Made by a program: the position numbers and the translations under genes. Of a stretch of DNA of 64,000 bases, positions 19,525 to 29,572 are shown piece after piece. The first letter of the stretch is position 1, and every line of letters begins with the position of its first letter. The DNA is from Arenicellales bacterium (GTDB lineage Bacteria > Pseudomonadota > Gammaproteobacteria > Arenicellales > JAJDZL01): the NCBI GenBank assembly GCA_965213865.1, contig OZ243928.1:2353221-2417220 (forward strand). The letters are read 5' to 3'. The notes under the pieces were generated by a model. The model was not told where the DNA came from. It saw only the letters and a program-made list of their open reading frames with translations, and did not search any database.

Positions 19525-21237
19525 TCACGGCCGCTGTCTTGGAAACCCGCCCTCGGCTGCAAACATGTCTTTGACGCGGCAGTCCTCGCACATTTCCAGG
19601 CGAGTGATCGCATCGACATTCTGAAACATGTGATGATCTTTGAGTTTTTCTTTCATGCGATTCAGCATGGCGCTTGAGGCGAACGGCTTACCGCACAGGC
19701 GGCAGTGAAACGGGGCATCCTCATTCATGGCGCGGGCGCGCATTCTCTGGTCGGTCCCGAAAACATAGCGCTGACTGCGTGTAATGGAGTTTTCCGGACA
19801 GGCCGATTCGCACAACCCGCATTGCACGCAGTTGTTCTCGATGAAACTGAGTCTGGGCACGTCGCCGCCTGATTCAAGAGCGGCCGCTGGACAGACCGAC
19901 ACGCAGCCCATGCATAAAGTGCAGGTATTGCGATTCACGCGGATCTCGCCAAACGGGGCATGCGCCGGCAGCGGCACTGCATTCGGCCGAAGCGGGGAAT
20001 GTGCATGCAAGTGCTCAAGCGCGATGCGCATGTCCGTGCGCTTGATGCCGCTCGGCATGAATGCCGCCGGCGCAAATGCTGGCAAATTGGCGCGCTCCCG
20101 GCGAAGCAGCTGATCGTCGACGGCATTATCGCCGTCCGGCACAATGATTTCGACCGCGCCGGCGGCGTATCCCATCCCGATCAGCAGCTCATCAAGCACA
20201 GCAATCTGATCGCGGAGCTCCTGTATCATGGCTTCGACCCGGTGAGCGCAGAGAATTTTTGCACCGCTTGCGCCATAGGCGAGCAGCGCCAGGCAGATAT
20301 CAAGCCCGAGGCAGCCGACTTCCTCGACTTCCATCGGTATGAAATTCTCCGGCAGCGCGGGCAGGCAGCGCCGGATGTGATCTTTGCCTTTTTCGGTGTC
20401 AAAAAAGACTATCACTGCGTCCTCGCCACCTGATTCTCGGTATTTCTGCAGCGCCTGACGCAGGGTCTCCATTGTTGTCGCAGGAGGCGGGTAGGCATAG
20501 GTCATCGCACCTGTCGGGCAGGCGGCGGCGCAGGCGCCCAGCCCTTGGCACAGGTGCGAGTCAATCTCGACCTGAGCGCCGATAGAGATAATGGCATCGG
20601 TTGCGCAGGCGTCAATGCAGCGGGTGCAGGCTGTGATGCCGCTGTCGGCATGCGCACAGATGTCCGGGTCGTAATTGAAATACTTCGGTTTTTCAAAATT
20701 GCCTGTCAGCTCGGCAAGCTGTGACATCTCGAATGCAACACTTTCATCGCTGGCTTGTGCCGGCGCCAGCCATTTATAGCCGAACGGACTGACTGCCGCA
20801 GGCAGCGCTCGGTCCGCACTCAGGTCAAGAATCAGGTCAAACTTGCCGGAAGCAATGCCGGCGGTCTCGCCCAGGTTGAATTCCCGCTCTTGTTTTGTCA
20901 CCATGACCGTAAACGAACCGAGGTGACCGCTGATTGCGCATTCGTCGGCGCGAAACGCATCGTGCGGCACCATCGCGGAAGATGGCATCGCCTCGCTGTT
21001 CCCCGACCGATCGTTTTCGATAATCAGATAGCGCAGCCCATCTGCGATCTCCTCAGCAAGCCGATGGGCGCGCGCGACACTGGCTTCAGAGCCGATCACA
21101 AGAAGTTTTCCGGCAGAGCTGTAGCCGACTAAAGAGGTGGCCGGAGCATCAACTTCGACACTGGCCAGCGCTTGTGCGCGAGCCTTTCCGCTGCTCGAAT
21201 GAGCGGGCAGGTCCGCAAGATGCTCAAAAATGCCCAT
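19525..21237 (-). CDS. Multi-cluster 4Fe-4S ferredoxin-domain protein
   Basis: 570 aa with several CxxCxxCxxxCP motifs (CTRCIDAC, CQGLGACAAACP, CTLCMGCVSVCP, CVQCGLCESACP). Confidence 0.85.
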   Translation of the reverse strand: MGIFEHLADLPAHSSSGKARAQALASVEVDAPATSLVGYSSAGKLLVIGSEASVARAHRLAEEIADGLRYLIIENDRSGNSEAMPSSAMVPHDAFRADECAISGHLGSFTVMVTKQEREFNLGETAGIASGKFDLILDLSADRALPAAVSPFGYKWLAPAQASDESVAFEMSQLAELTGNFEKPKYFNYDPDICAHADSGITACTRCIDACATDAIISIGAQVEIDSHLCQGLGACAAACPTGAMTYAYPPPATTMETLRQALQKYRESGGEDAVIVFFDTEKGKDHIRRCLPALPENFIPMEVEEVGCLGLDICLALLAYGASGAKILCAHRVEAMIQELRDQIAVLDELLIGMGYAAGAVEIIVPDGDNAVDDQLLRRERANLPAFAPAAFMPSGIKRTDMRIALEHLHAHSPLRPNAVPLPAHAPFGEIRVNRNTCTLCMGCVSVCPAAALESGGDVPRLSFIENNCVQCGLCESACPENSITRSQRYVFGTDQRMRARAMNEDAPFHCRLCGKPFASSAMLNRMKEKLKDHHMFQNVDAITRLEMCEDCRVKDMFAAEGGFPRQRP

Positions 21238-21273
21238 ATCTTGGATTGGGTATCAAGGTGAATGAACTGCAGC

Positions 21274-21954
21274 TCAGCCTGTGCTCGCGCCGCTGCAAGC
21301 TGCTTTTTCCATCGCATCTGACTTTTTCGCTGCAGGGTCAGATGCCTCTTCGCCCGCACTGGAATCAGCTGCCGCCTGCTGTGTGTCTGACGGGGGATTG
21401 GCAGCTGCCTCCGCTTCGTCGCCAGTCACTGCTGCGGACGCCTCTGCTGGCGGCTCTTTTTCTGAGACCGGCTCGTCCGCAGCCGTCTGCGCGGCGGCAT
21501 CACGCTCGGCCTGTTCTTTTTCCGCCGCCAGCCGCTGCTGCTGGAATTTCATATCCGAGGTCACGATGTCGCCGAGTTCTTCAAATGCGGTAAAGTCATC
21601 ATCGTAGTCATCTAGACCGTCTCGGATGTTGAAGACGGCAGATTTGAAAAGCTTGCGCAGTGCAAGCTTCTTGATTTTCTCGTCAACGCCCTCGGCCATG
21701 AATGCCGAGTAGTCGCTATTCTCATCAAGCGAATCGAGTGATGGGAGCTCAATCGGCTCCGGCTTTGACTCGTGCGTCTCGCCCGCCGCCTGATTTGACA
21801 TCGCATCCGGCGCCGCTGATGACGTGTCCTGATCGGCTGCGCCCGCCGCGTCCTTGATCTTTTCTGCCGTGGATTGACTGGGCTCGGCCGCAGGCGGGTT
21901 CGGCTGCGGCTGGCTCTTGCGCTGTGACCAGCGATGAATGAGGGTGTCGGCCAT
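21274..21954 (-). CDS. DUF3306-like acidic low-complexity protein
   Basis: An N-terminal LIHRWSQRK motif followed by an Ala/Glu/Asp-rich body. It is paired with a DUF3305-like ORF, as in other fdh accessory clusters (recalled from memory). Confidence 0.6.
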   Translation of the reverse strand: MADTLIHRWSQRKSQPQPNPPAAEPSQSTAEKIKDAAGAADQDTSSAAPDAMSNQAAGETHESKPEPIELPSLDSLDENSDYSAFMAEGVDEKIKKLALRKLFKSAVFNIRDGLDDYDDDFTAFEELGDIVTSDMKFQQQRLAAEKEQAERDAAAQTAADEPVSEKEPPAEASAAVTGDEAEAAANPPSDTQQAAADSSAGEEASDPAAKKSDAMEKAACSGASTG

Positions 21955-21971
21955 GGCTGCACTTTCCTGTT

Positions 21972-22487
21972 TTACCAGCGGGGCAGGTCTGGCGCCTGGC
22001 GCTCGGATTCTTCGGACCAATTGCGTCGTTTGCGTTTCTTTTTCGCCTCGGGTACATAGTGATTGACTACAAACTCCTCGGTCCTGTCGCGGATATCAGG
22101 CGGCAGCGGGCCCGACAGTACCAGCGAATCGGTCTCCAGGTGCGCCCCCGCCTCATCTTGAGAAACGGATATCAGCAGCGGCAGCGGCGGCTCATTCTCA
22201 TCCAGATCCTGCTCGCAGATCACAAAGGCAAAGGGTGTCTCTGACATGAGGTTGAACCAATATCCCTCGCAGGCATCGACATAAAGCTTCAGCTGCAGTC
22301 CTTTCCACATGTACTGGGCATGATCATCGGATTCTCGCAGCGTGATGGGGCCTTGCAATGACTTGGGGCCGTCGGGGTCTGACAGCACCGCCGCCAGCTC
22401 CCACTGGATTGTCTCCCAGCCATTGAAAATTTTTGTCGCGCGCTGCATGACGATCGACATCGCATACTGCGGAACAGTCATCGCCAT
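21972..22487 (-). CDS. DUF3305-like protein
   Basis: 171-aa ORF immediately upstream of the DUF3306-like gene. The family call comes from context and memory. Confidence 0.55.
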   Translation of the reverse strand: MAMTVPQYAMSIVMQRATKIFNGWETIQWELAAVLSDPDGPKSLQGPITLRESDDHAQYMWKGLQLKLYVDACEGYWFNLMSETPFAFVICEQDLDENEPPLPLLISVSQDEAGAHLETDSLVLSGPLPPDIRDRTEEFVVNHYVPEAKKKRKRRNWSEESERQAPDLPRW

Positions 22488-22613
22488 GAAAGTTGCCTGC
22501 GGTCAGTGGTAATTCGTGCGAAATTGAGCGTTATTCGGTTATTTATATAATAACTGTGCAACGCAGTTGCGATTAGTCGCCGTAAATTTGAACCGATAGC
22601 CTGAAGAATAGCT

Positions 22614-23507
22614 GTGACAGCCCCTCTCGAACAATCGAACCGACCGGTTCTGACACAAGCAGGACTGAAGCCGACGCATCCGGTCGAGGCGGTTGATGAA
22701 TTCGGTGACAAGCGCGATATGCGAGTTGCCGGAGAGTTTCCGCTGACGATCAATGTGGACGGGCGCGAAGTCGTGACATTGATGACTCTCGGGACACATC
22801 CGGAATTGCTGACACTCGGATATTTGCGCAATCAGCGCCTGATCGAGTCCGTCGAAGCCGTCAAGTCCATTGGCGTGGACTGGGAGCAAGAAGCCGCGGA
22901 AGTGAAAACGCACCGAGGGCAGGGCATTGACGACTGGGAAAACAAGATGTCGCAGCGGACCGTCACGACCGGCTGCGGACAGGGAACTGTATTCGCCTAC
23001 AATCTCAACAAGATCTACGAGCAGCCGCTGCCGCAGGCCCAGGTCAGGCAGTCGACCCTGTACGGCCTGCTGAAGAACATTTCCGAATACAACGAAATCT
23101 ATCGCCAAGCAGGAGCTGTGCATGGCTGTGCATTGTGTCAAGATACGTCGATTGAGCTTTTTGTTGAGGATGTGGGGCGGCACAATGCGGCCGATACAAT
23201 CGCGGGGCAAATGTGGATGGATGGTACCAGCGGCGGCAGCAAGATTTTCTATACGACTGGCCGCCTCACCTCTGAAATCGTCATGAAAGTCGCCCATATG
23301 GGCATACCGATATTGCTTTCGCGGTCTGGCGTAACCTACATGGGATTGGAATTGGCACAGGATTTGCGGGTGACTATGATCGCCAGAGCAAAGGGCCGGC
23401 ATTTCCTTGTGTACAACGGGGCCAGCACCATTGATTACGATCAGGTTCCGCCGCGCCGCCCCGCCCGCGGGCGGCCCGGCCGTTTGCAGTCTGTCAGGGC
23501 CCAGTGA
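22614..23507 (+). CDS. fdhD: Formate dehydrogenase accessory sulfurtransferase FdhD
   Basis: EDVGRHNAADTIAGQMW hallmark and ...LLSRSGVTYMGLELA. It is divergent from the fdh operon. Confidence 0.85.
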   Translation: MTAPLEQSNRPVLTQAGLKPTHPVEAVDEFGDKRDMRVAGEFPLTINVDGREVVTLMTLGTHPELLTLGYLRNQRLIESVEAVKSIGVDWEQEAAEVKTHRGQGIDDWENKMSQRTVTTGCGQGTVFAYNLNKIYEQPLPQAQVRQSTLYGLLKNISEYNEIYRQAGAVHGCALCQDTSIELFVEDVGRHNAADTIAGQMWMDGTSGGSKIFYTTGRLTSEIVMKVAHMGIPILLSRSGVTYMGLELAQDLRVTMIARAKGRHFLVYNGASTIDYDQVPPRRPARGRPGRLQSVRAQ

Positions 23508-24529
23508 AAATTGATCAATTTTTCCATTCTATCTGGAAAGATCGCAATCGCTGCGCATTGGCGCTGTGGCCGCTCAGTGTGATTTACTGGATCGGTGCCG
23601 AAGTCAGGCGATTGCTTTATTCAAGCGGCTGTCTGCCGGCAGTTCGATTTGACCGGCCCGTGATCGTAGTGGGCAACCTGACCGTCGGCGGTTCTGGAAA
23701 AACCCCATTGACAATATGGCTTGTCGGATTTCTTCAGCAGCGCGGCTTTCGCCCGGGCATCGTGAGTCGCGGCTATGGCGGCGATGCTCGCGGGGCCGCC
23801 GCACTGGTGGATGCAGATCGCGATCCGGCAAAATTTGGTGATGAGCCCGTCGTCATCGCGCGGCGCACCGGGGCGCCTGTGGCAGTTGCCAGACGCCGCG
23901 TCGATGCGGTGAATCTGCTGCTGCGCGAATTCAACTGCGATGTGTTTGTTGCCGATGACGGCTTGCAGCATTATGCCCTGCGGCCGAGCATGACGATTGC
24001 CATGGTCGACGGTCAAGAAAGGTTCGGCAACGGTTTCTGCCTGCCTGCGGGCCCGCTTCGCGAGCGCGCCTCGCGCCTGCAGGCGTTTGACTTGCGGCTG
24101 GTCAAAGGCGAGAGCCGAGCCGATGAATGGTCGATGGATCTGGAACCGGTTAAAATGGTGAATCTAAAGAACCCGGCGGCAACGGCGGAACTGAGCTCGC
24201 TGGGCATGCAGAAGCTGGCAGCAGTGTGCGCGATCCGCAACTCGGAATCATTTTTCTCGCTGCTGCGAGATCACAATCTCGACTTTACAGAGCATGAGTT
24301 TCCAGATCACTACCGTTTCAGCGAACATGACTTCACGCCGCTCGTCGAGTCGCAGCGCACGGTCATCATGACTGAAAAAGATGCAGTCAAATGCGAGCGA
24401 TTCGCCCGATCGAATTGGTGGTTTCTTGAGGTCAGCGCAAAGCCCGCAAGCGATTTTGTCGCAGCATTGGAGGCGAAGCTGGCCGAATACGCGATTGCGC
24501 CTCTGTCGAGCCAGGCTGATGCATCCTGA
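23504..24529 (+). CDS. lpxK: Tetraacyldisaccharide 4'-kinase
   Basis: P-loop VIVVGNLTVGGSGKTP, plus ADDGLQH. Confidence 0.9.
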   Translation: MKIDQFFHSIWKDRNRCALALWPLSVIYWIGAEVRRLLYSSGCLPAVRFDRPVIVVGNLTVGGSGKTPLTIWLVGFLQQRGFRPGIVSRGYGGDARGAAALVDADRDPAKFGDEPVVIARRTGAPVAVARRRVDAVNLLLREFNCDVFVADDGLQHYALRPSMTIAMVDGQERFGNGFCLPAGPLRERASRLQAFDLRLVKGESRADEWSMDLEPVKMVNLKNPAATAELSSLGMQKLAAVCAIRNSESFFSLLRDHNLDFTEHEFPDHYRFSEHDFTPLVESQRTVIMTEKDAVKCERFARSNWWFLEVSAKPASDFVAALEAKLAEYAIAPLSSQADAS

Positions 24530-25286
24530 ATTCGATGTGATCATTCCTGCGCGTTATGCGTCACAGCGCTTCCCCGGGAAAGTGCTGGCAGACCTCTGCG
24601 GCAAATCAATGATTCACCGGGTGGTGGAACGCGCATTGCGCAGCGCCGCGCAGCAGGTGTTGGTGGCGGTCGATGATGAGCGCATTGCGGCCGAAGTCAA
24701 AAGCGCCACCGATGCGGAAATCTGCTGGACTTCCTCGGCTATTGCAACGGGGACGGATCGGGTTGCGAGCGTAACCGAGAGGCTTGGCCTGGACAGCGAT
24801 CGAATCATCGTGAACGTGCAAGGCGATGAGCCATTGATGTGCCCTGACCTGATCAACGCCGTGGCGCGCCTGCTGGTCGAAAGCCCGCAAGCGAGCGTCG
24901 CCACCGCCGCCAAGCCGCTCGTCAGTCACAAGGACTGGTCCAATCCAAACGTCGTCAAATGCATCATTGATAAAAATGGATATGCGCTTTATTTTTCTCG
25001 GGCTGAGATTCCGGCCGGCGACTGGATCGAATCGCCCGAGCCGGTTTGCTTGCACCATATCGGAATCTATGGCTATCGGGCTGGCTATCTGCGCAAACAC
25101 ACGCAGCGGCCGCAGTGTGCAATCGAGCAGTGCGAGCGCCTCGAGCAGCTGCGTGTGCTGTTCAATGGAGATCGTATTGCCGTTTATATCGATGAGAAGC
25201 ATCTGGCAGGCTCAGTTGATACCCGAGCTGATCTGCGGCGGGTCGAGCGACTGATTCAGGCGCAAGAAAAAACAGCCCGATCATGA
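24519..25286 (+). CDS. kdsB: 3-deoxy-manno-octulosonate cytidylyltransferase
   Basis: IIPARYASQRFPGKVLADL and NVQGDEP motifs. The start is set at the ATG at 24519, overlapping the lpxK stop. Confidence 0.9.
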   Translation: MHPEFDVIIPARYASQRFPGKVLADLCGKSMIHRVVERALRSAAQQVLVAVDDERIAAEVKSATDAEICWTSSAIATGTDRVASVTERLGLDSDRIIVNVQGDEPLMCPDLINAVARLLVESPQASVATAAKPLVSHKDWSNPNVVKCIIDKNGYALYFSRAEIPAGDWIESPEPVCLHHIGIYGYRAGYLRKHTQRPQCAIEQCERLEQLRVLFNGDRIAVYIDEKHLAGSVDTRADLRRVERLIQAQEKTARS

Positions 25287-25792
25287 CTGCAAGCAAGCCC
25301 ATTCAAGATTCAATCGGCGTATTGTTCGTTTGTCTCGGCAACATCTGCCGCTCGCCGACAGCTGAGGGCGTGATGCGGCACAGATTGGCGTCGTCTGACA
25401 TTCAGATTGGGGTGCATGCCGACTCTGCCGGTACTGGAGATTACCACATTGGCCTGCCGCCTGATCAGCGCGCGATTCTGTCAGCTGCCAAGCGCGGCAT
25501 TCGCATTGACGATCTGCGGGCTCGACAAATCAGCCAGCTCGACTTCGCTGAATTCGACTACATCATTGCGATGGATCGGCGCAATTATCAGGATATCCTT
25601 TCCATGACTTCCAGCCGCCAGGCTGACCGTGTGCGCCTGCTGATGGATTTTGCGCCCCATTGGAGCGAGCAGGAAGTGCCTGATCCCTACTATGGAGACT
25701 CCGGCGGATTTGAGCGTGTGCTGGATATGATTGAAGACGCTGTCGACGGGCTTCTGGAGCAAATACAAGAGCGCTGCGCGAGTCAATATTAG
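25283..25792 (+). CDS. Low-molecular-weight protein-tyrosine phosphatase
   Basis: CLGNICRSP active-site loop, and DPYYG. Confidence 0.85.
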   Translation: MTASKPIQDSIGVLFVCLGNICRSPTAEGVMRHRLASSDIQIGVHADSAGTGDYHIGLPPDQRAILSAAKRGIRIDDLRARQISQLDFAEFDYIIAMDRRNYQDILSMTSSRQADRVRLLMDFAPHWSEQEVPDPYYGDSGGFERVLDMIEDAVDGLLEQIQERCASQY

Positions 25793-25796
25793 CAGC

Positions 25797-26288
25797 ATGT
25801 TCGTGGAAATCGATTTGTCTGCGCAATGCTTGACCGCTTACAGCGATGCGGGCAAAGCGGTCATGCGCGCGAGCGTATCTACTGCGGCCAATGGGGCGGG
25901 GGAAGAAAATGGCAGCTGCTGCACACCGCGCGGCTGGCATCAGATCCGAGCAAAGATTGGCGCCGGCCTCGCAGAAAACTCGGTACTGGTGGCCAGGCGC
26001 CCAACAACCGAGGTTTACTCGGCAGCGCTGCGTGAGCAGTGTCCAGGCCGTGACTGGATTTTGACCCGCATTCTATGGCTGAGCGGACTTGAGAAGAACT
26101 TCAATCGTCTTGGTTCGGTTGACACGATGCGCCGTTATATTTATATCCATGGCTGCCCCGATGATGACTCAATGGGTATTCGAAGTTCCCATGGATGCGT
26201 AAAAATGCACAATCATGAGGTGATTAAACTGTTCAACATGGTTGAAGTCGGCACACTGGTACACATTAAAGAGACAGCTGAGTCATGA
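25797..26288 (+). CDS. L,D-transpeptidase (YkuD) domain protein
   Basis: IYIHGCP...SSHGCVKM catalytic His/Cys signature. The start is set at the internal ATG after the ptp stop. Confidence 0.8.
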   Translation: MFVEIDLSAQCLTAYSDAGKAVMRASVSTAANGAGEENGSCCTPRGWHQIRAKIGAGLAENSVLVARRPTTEVYSAALREQCPGRDWILTRILWLSGLEKNFNRLGSVDTMRRYIYIHGCPDDDSMGIRSSHGCVKMHNHEVIKLFNMVEVGTLVHIKETAES

Positions 26289-27316
26289 CTGGCGAGCGGC
26301 AAGCATCATTAGGACCGATTATGACAACTGTCGCGGGAGTCGAGCTGACAGGCGCAGACCGGGAGCGGCTGGCGCATCCGGGGATTGGCGGTGCAGTGCT
26401 GTTCGCGCACAATGTCGAATCCACCGAGCAGGTGCGCGAGCTGACGCGTGAAATCCATGCGCTGCAGACTCCGCCGCTGCTGATCGCGATCGATCAGGAA
26501 GGCGGACGGGTGCAGCGCATCAAGGAGGGCGTAACCTTGCTGCCTGCCCAGCGCCGCTACGGCGGCCTCTACGATGAGAATCAAGACCTCGGCTGCGATG
26601 CAGCTGAAATGGGGGGCTATATCATGGCATTGCAGCTGCTTGATCTCGGCATCGATATCAGTTTTTCCCCCGTATTGGATATCGGTTCAGTGAGTTCTCA
26701 GGTCATTGGAGACCGCGCGTTTCATAGCAGTCCGCAGGTGGTCACCGAATTGGCGCAGTCATGGACGCGAGGCATGCAAAAAGCCGGCATGCAGGCAGTG
26801 GGCAAACACTTTCCAGGACACGGCCATGTGCTGGAAGATTCACACTATGAAACCCCGGAGGATCACCGTCCGATTCAAGAAGTTCTTGCGTGTGACTTGC
26901 TGCCATATCGCAGGCTCAGCACACAGCTGGCGGCTGTCATGACGGCTCATGTGCTTTACCCGCATATCACCTCAGCGATTCCAACTTATTCATCTTTCTG
27001 GATTGATCATGTGCTGCGCGAGGCGCTGTCGTTTTACGGCGTGGTCTTCAGCGATGATCTGTGCATGCAGGCGGCCGCTGAGGCAGGCGATATGGAAACG
27101 CGTGTTTTAACGGCAATTGGCAGCGGCTGCGACATCGTCCTGATCTGCCAGAGTCTTGAAGAAACCGATGCAGCTCTTGAGGCGCTTTCGAATAGTCCAA
27201 AGCTGTGGCGCGACGTATCTTGGCAGTATGAGAAGCTGCGCCCTGGAGAAACCGCCTCGATACGTGATTTCGATCGGATGCATCAGCAGTTTGTAGAATT
27301 GTTCAGCCGCAAATAA
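26285..27316 (+). CDS. nagZ: Beta-N-acetylhexosaminidase
   Basis: GH3 motifs IDQEGGRVQR and KHFPGHG. Confidence 0.9.
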   Translation: MTGERQASLGPIMTTVAGVELTGADRERLAHPGIGGAVLFAHNVESTEQVRELTREIHALQTPPLLIAIDQEGGRVQRIKEGVTLLPAQRRYGGLYDENQDLGCDAAEMGGYIMALQLLDLGIDISFSPVLDIGSVSSQVIGDRAFHSSPQVVTELAQSWTRGMQKAGMQAVGKHFPGHGHVLEDSHYETPEDHRPIQEVLACDLLPYRRLSTQLAAVMTAHVLYPHITSAIPTYSSFWIDHVLREALSFYGVVFSDDLCMQAAAEAGDMETRVLTAIGSGCDIVLICQSLEETDAALEALSNSPKLWRDVSWQYEKLRPGETASIRDFDRMHQQFVELFSRK

Positions 27317-27706
27317 GCTGCAAGACGAAAGCGCACTGAGCGCTGGCTGGCCGGCATCGGCATGGTCGGCTAGCGCGATTCTCATTCTTATCAATCGCGG
27401 GCACTAGTGCGGCTTGCAAAACAGCATTGCTTATGCCGCCCCCCGCAAGCATGACACAGCAACACAAACTCATCATTGCTGCGGACGGGAGGGGTGACTT
27501 CAGATATTAAACGCACTGCAAAAATAAAACTTGAAGTGTCTGTGTTGCATTTACGCAACATTCAAGAAAATATTTGTCAATTATTTTTGATGCAAATTTT
27601 TCTAATAAATTCATTATAAATAAATGTTATAATTATATTTTTATTGAAAATCACTCCTGTTTTCTGAATATTTGCGAGATTTTTCAAATATTTTTCCTGC
27701 TGCCTA

Positions 27707-27735
27707 TTGAAATCCACTTTAAGAATGTTTATATT
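27707..27735 (+). promoter_or_regulatory. Candidate sigma70 promoter for the phasin-like gene
   Basis: TTGAAA, a 17-nt spacer, then TATATT, about 45 nt upstream of the ATG at 27780. The -10 overlaps the palindrome TTGCACTGCAA (27734..27744). Confidence 0.4.
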
Positions 27736-27779
27736 GCACTGCAACATTACCTTATTTTCATAAGCACAGGAACTGAAAA

Positions 27780-28106
27780 ATGAAAGCTAACTTATTTGAT
27801 TTCGCGAATGAAGCGACTGCATTGAACTCAAACCTGGTTAACAGCTCGATCGAGCTGTCTGTCAAAACGACTCAGGAAATAGTTGAGAATTCATCCAAAC
27901 AGGCCGCCGACTGGCTGAAGGTCAAGACGCTTGAGGATTACGTGCAGACTCGTGAAAACTGGAATGCAATCGCGCTGGATTCATCCAAGAAAGCAGTGCT
28001 GTCAGCCTTGGAGCTTGGCAACGAAGCTTACGGCGCCTACATGTCATTGTGGGAAAAGTATGCAAATACCGCCATCTTTCCTGCAGCTGCGGCAGTCAAG
28101 AAGTAG
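27780..28106 (+). CDS. Phasin-family (PHA granule-associated) protein
   Basis: 108 aa, all-helical, with phasin-like N-terminal FANEATALNSNLVNSSIEL and ...WLKVKTLEDYV. A strong AT-rich leader precedes it and a terminator follows. Confidence 0.55.
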   Translation: MKANLFDFANEATALNSNLVNSSIELSVKTTQEIVENSSKQAADWLKVKTLEDYVQTRENWNAIALDSSKKAVLSALELGNEAYGAYMSLWEKYANTAIFPAAAAVKK

Positions 28107-28166
28107 TTTTAACGCTGTGGAACGTTAGAAAAAATCCACAAATCATTACTCCTCCTTTTTCAATTA

Positions 28167-28206
28167 AACGACCTGTCGGAATCAAATCCTGCAGGTCGTT
28201 TTTTTG
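28167..28206 (+). terminator. Rho-independent terminator
   Basis: ACGACCTG (28168..28175) pairs with CAGGTCGT (28192..28199), followed by a T7 run. Confidence 0.65.
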
Positions 28207-28291
28207 AATTTTTGATCTTTCCAGCTGCGGCTGTCTGCCTCCCTGACTCTGTCGCGGGCAGGCGTTTTCCAGCCGCTTATCGCTTGCAGAA

Positions 28292-28855
28292 TCAATTAGC
28301 GCGCTCAATATAGTCTCCGCTGTCAGTGTTGACTTTTATTCGGTCACCGATATTGACAAAGGTGGGCACATTGACCCGAATGCCCGTCTCCAGAGTCGCC
28401 GGCTTGGCTGAGCCAGCCGCAGTCTGACCTTTGACAACGCCTTCTGTCTCAATCACCTCCAAAATGACTTGATCCGGCAACTCGACTCCGATTGGAGCGC
28501 TGTTGTAAAGATTGACTTGAACCTCAATATCCGGGATCAGATAGCCGACTTGATCCGGCAAATCATCCGCGGTCAGCTCAAGCTGATCGTATGAATCCAT
28601 ATCCATAAAGTAGTAGCGGTCACCCTCGCAGTAGAGATATTGCATTTTCCGCCCCTCAACAAATGCTTTTTCCAGCTTGTCGTCCGATCGGTAGCGATCA
28701 TTGCGTTTTGTGCCAGCCGCTATGTCTTTGAGCTCAAGCTGAACGAATGCGCCGCCTTTGCCAGGCTTGACGTGATTTTTTCTCAAGACTTTCCATAGCG
28801 ATCCATCGAACTCAATGAGATTGCCAATTTTGACGTCAAATGCTGATATTTTCAT
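28292..28855 (-). CDS. efp: Elongation factor P
   Basis: 187 aa with HVKPGKGGAFVQLELKD and the ...VETGxxVNVP region. Confidence 0.95.
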   Translation of the reverse strand: MKISAFDVKIGNLIEFDGSLWKVLRKNHVKPGKGGAFVQLELKDIAAGTKRNDRYRSDDKLEKAFVEGRKMQYLYCEGDRYYFMDMDSYDQLELTADDLPDQVGYLIPDIEVQVNLYNSAPIGVELPDQVILEVIETEGVVKGQTAAGSAKPATLETGIRVNVPTFVNIGDRIKVNTDSGDYIERAN

Positions 28856-29572
28856 GCTGAATGGGTGCCCTTACTTGATAGTCATCAGTTGCAGTGTGCA
28901 AAGTCATTGAAGTGCACAGGCTGATGAGTCGAATTCATTGACTGCATCGAAACCCGTAACTTCGTGGCTAAGTATAGGAGAATCGAAATCATCCAGCGAG
29001 CTTGCAATCAACCGTATCGCAATTTAAATCAATGGCGGTGATCGTATCTATCCCAAGACATTGCGTCATCTTGAGATTTTGCGAAGATTTGGAATTTCGA
29101 AATCTGCTGACGCAGTTCTGAGTGCATAACGAGAGCAATCAGCCGCAAATTGATGGGTCAAATGCGTTATTGACGAATCCAGCAATCTGTAAAATAGCCA
29201 AGTGTGAATGCAAGAAACTTTGCCGGCTTATGGAAGCGTCGAGTGAATGGGAGATTTCATAGTGCAGCATCCATTTGTCTGTCGGAAATCTATCACAATC
29301 CGCCTGGGTCCAATCTTCTCGAACAATATGATGTCATGGCGCCTTGCTCAAGTGCGGCTCAACCCGCCAGAAACTCAATGGGATCGACTTTGACCATGGC
29401 AATGAATTTGCGTTTGACAGCAAGTTCAAGTTATTAGCGGGATCCAGCCAAGTGTGCCAGCAATCTTCGAATGCACAGAACCGGTTTCATGGATGCAGCA
29501 GGTGTGTTTAGATTCACTCTCAATTTTGAATACTGATTTGGAACAGCGCTTTGCGGAAAACGAGACATTGCA

